Shown here piece by piece: positions 22,367-24,000 of a stretch of DNA of 24,000 nt. Positions within the stretch are counted from its first letter, which is position 1. Each line of letters starts with the position of its first letter. Source of the DNA: Candidatus Providencia siddallii (GTDB lineage: Bacteria; Pseudomonadota; Gammaproteobacteria; Enterobacterales; Enterobacteriaceae); assembly GCF_964026685.1 (NCBI RefSeq), contig NZ_OZ034688.1:696442-720441 (forward strand), written 5' to 3'. The position numbers and the translations under genes were made by a program. Below the pieces are notes generated by a model that was given only the letters and a program-made list of their open reading frames with translations, did not search any database and had not been told where the DNA came from.

Positions 22367-22906
22367 ATGAAAAAAAACAATAATTTAATTTGGATTGATC
22401 TTGAAATGACAGGTCTTCATCCAATTCGTAATCGTATTATTGAAATAGCAACTATTATAACTGACAAAAATATTAATATTTTAGCAAAAGGACCTGTTAT
22501 TCCAATTTATCAAACAGAAAAACAACTTAATTTAATGGACAAATGGAATATCACAACACATGTTACTCATGGTTTAATAGAACGTGTTAGAAAAAGTTCT
22601 TTTAACGAACGAGATGCTGAACTAATAACAATTAATTTTTTAAAACAATGGGTTAAAAAAGGAAGCTCTCCTATCTGTGGTAATACCATTGGGTTAGATA
22701 GACAATTTTTATTTAATTATATGCCTGAACTAGAAAACTTTTTTCATTATCGCTATATTGATGTTAGTACAATAAAAGAATTAGCTTTACGTTGAAAACC
22801 ATCGATTTTAAATAAATTTACTAAAAAAAATACACATCAAGCTTCAAACGATATTATAGAATCTATAAATGAATTATTATTTTATAAAAAATATTTTTTT
22901 AAATAA
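22367..22906 (+). CDS. orn: Oligoribonuclease, 179 aa if the in-frame TGA at 22793-22795 is read as Trp
   Basis: The track ORF ends ...[18 protein letters not shown]. The same frame continues [40 protein letters not shown]. coli Orn from memory reads ...[43 protein letters not shown]... The DEDDh motifs are WIDLEMTGL (Exo I) and H-x4-D ([11 protein letters not shown], Exo III); the latter lies after the TGA. Length is 179 aa versus 181 in E. coli. Confidence 0.9.
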
Positions 22907-22959
22907 AAATATTTTTTATAAATAAACAATATTTATTTAAAAAAAATATTTTTTATATA

Positions 22960-22987
22960 TTGATAATTTTTATATTTTTGTTATAAT
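22960..22987 (+). promoter_or_regulatory. Candidate sigma70-type promoter for tRNA-Gly: -35 TTGATA, 16-nt spacer, extended -10 TGtTATAAT
   Basis: TTGATA is at 22960-22965 and TG-T-TATAAT at 22979-22987, ending 29 nt upstream of the mature tRNA 5' end. TATAAT-like hexamers are common by chance in this A/T background. The G-containing -35 and TGn elements make this match better than most. Confidence 0.35.
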
Positions 22988-23016
22988 AGAAACAATTTTT
23001 ATAAAAAATTAATTTT

Positions 23017-23089
<73 letters not shown>

Positions 23090-24000
23090 TAATATATATC
23101 AAATATTTTATTTATTAATATAAAAATATTTATATTTTAAAAAAACAAAAATTAAAAATGTATTTTTAATTTAAATAATATCATTATATAAAATTATAAA
23201 TACATAAACATAAATATATATTATAAATATTTTATCTAATATTTTTATAAACGTAAAAATATAAAACATTTTTTAAAAAAAATAATATAAGAATATTATT
23301 AAAATCAATAAAATATTATATATTTATAATTTCTTAACAAAAAAAATTCATATTTAATTTTTAATTACATTTTATAAAAAAAATAATAAAAAACTAAATT
23401 AGTTAATAATAATTTAATTATTAATTAACAAAAATCTATTTTAACTGTTAAATATATAATAAAATAAAATCAAACTTTTATATAAATTAATAATTTATTA
23501 TAATTTAACATTCAGTATTATATGATATATTAATTTCGTTAATCAAATATTTCTAATAATTTTATTATTAATCTATTTAAAATAAATAATTTTAAATATT
23601 TTATTTTATCAATAAAAAAAATAACAAAGAAATATTTTAATTATACAAATTTTATTTAAAAAATAAAATACTAAAATTTTTAATTAACCAATTTATTATT
23701 TTTAATATAAATATTTATATATTTTATATAAACTAAAATATATCTTAGAAATATTAATATCACAATGATTATAACATTTTTTTTAAAATACATAAAAACT
23801 TTTAAAAACAATTAATAACTTTTTAGAATATTATTCTAATTAATAAACTAATTATTAAAACTAAAATATATTGTATCTTTTAAAGATATATATTTATTAT
23901 TAAAAATATATTAAATAAAAAATAACGAAATATTTTAACAAAACTATCTTAAAAATAAAAAACAAATATAATAAAAATATAAAATTACTAAAAATTTTAA

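Overview
This window is a very A+T-rich, gene-sparse housekeeping region. The spacers are almost pure A/T and about 22% of the window is non-coding. It looks like a reduced-genome, Enterobacterales-like gammaproteobacterial endosymbiont. I can support 16 protein genes and 4 tRNAs. In order they are aspS (partial), argS, murJ, tRNA-Ser(GGA), kdsA, prmC, prfA, ychF, pth, prs, ispE, lolB, fabV, tRNA-Leu(UAA), tRNA-Cys(GCA), pgsA, mscM, psd, orn and tRNA-Gly(GCC). Several blocks keep the E. coli gene order as I remember it: mscM-psd/orn-tRNA-Gly, pgsA-tRNA-Cys-tRNA-Leu, lolB-ispE-prs, pth-ychF and prfA-prmC. I see no mobile element, CRISPR array, phage, toxin or defence-like cassette. The main finding concerns the genetic code rather than a gene cluster. 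murJ, ispE and orn each contain exactly one in-frame TGA. In each case it sits where the E. coli orthologue has a conserved Trp, and clear homology continues in the same frame afterwards. The ORF track, which uses standard stops, therefore splits or truncates these three genes. The simplest reading is UGA = Trp (table-4-like decoding or efficient suppression). The only release factor in the window is RF1. Two complications remain. kdsA and lolB still end on TGA at their ancestral termini, so they would gain 9-10 residue tails if UGA is read through. TGG also remains the dominant Trp codon, which points to a young, partial or context-dependent reassignment. The decisive evidence (prfB presence or absence, tRNA-Trp anticodon) lies outside this window.
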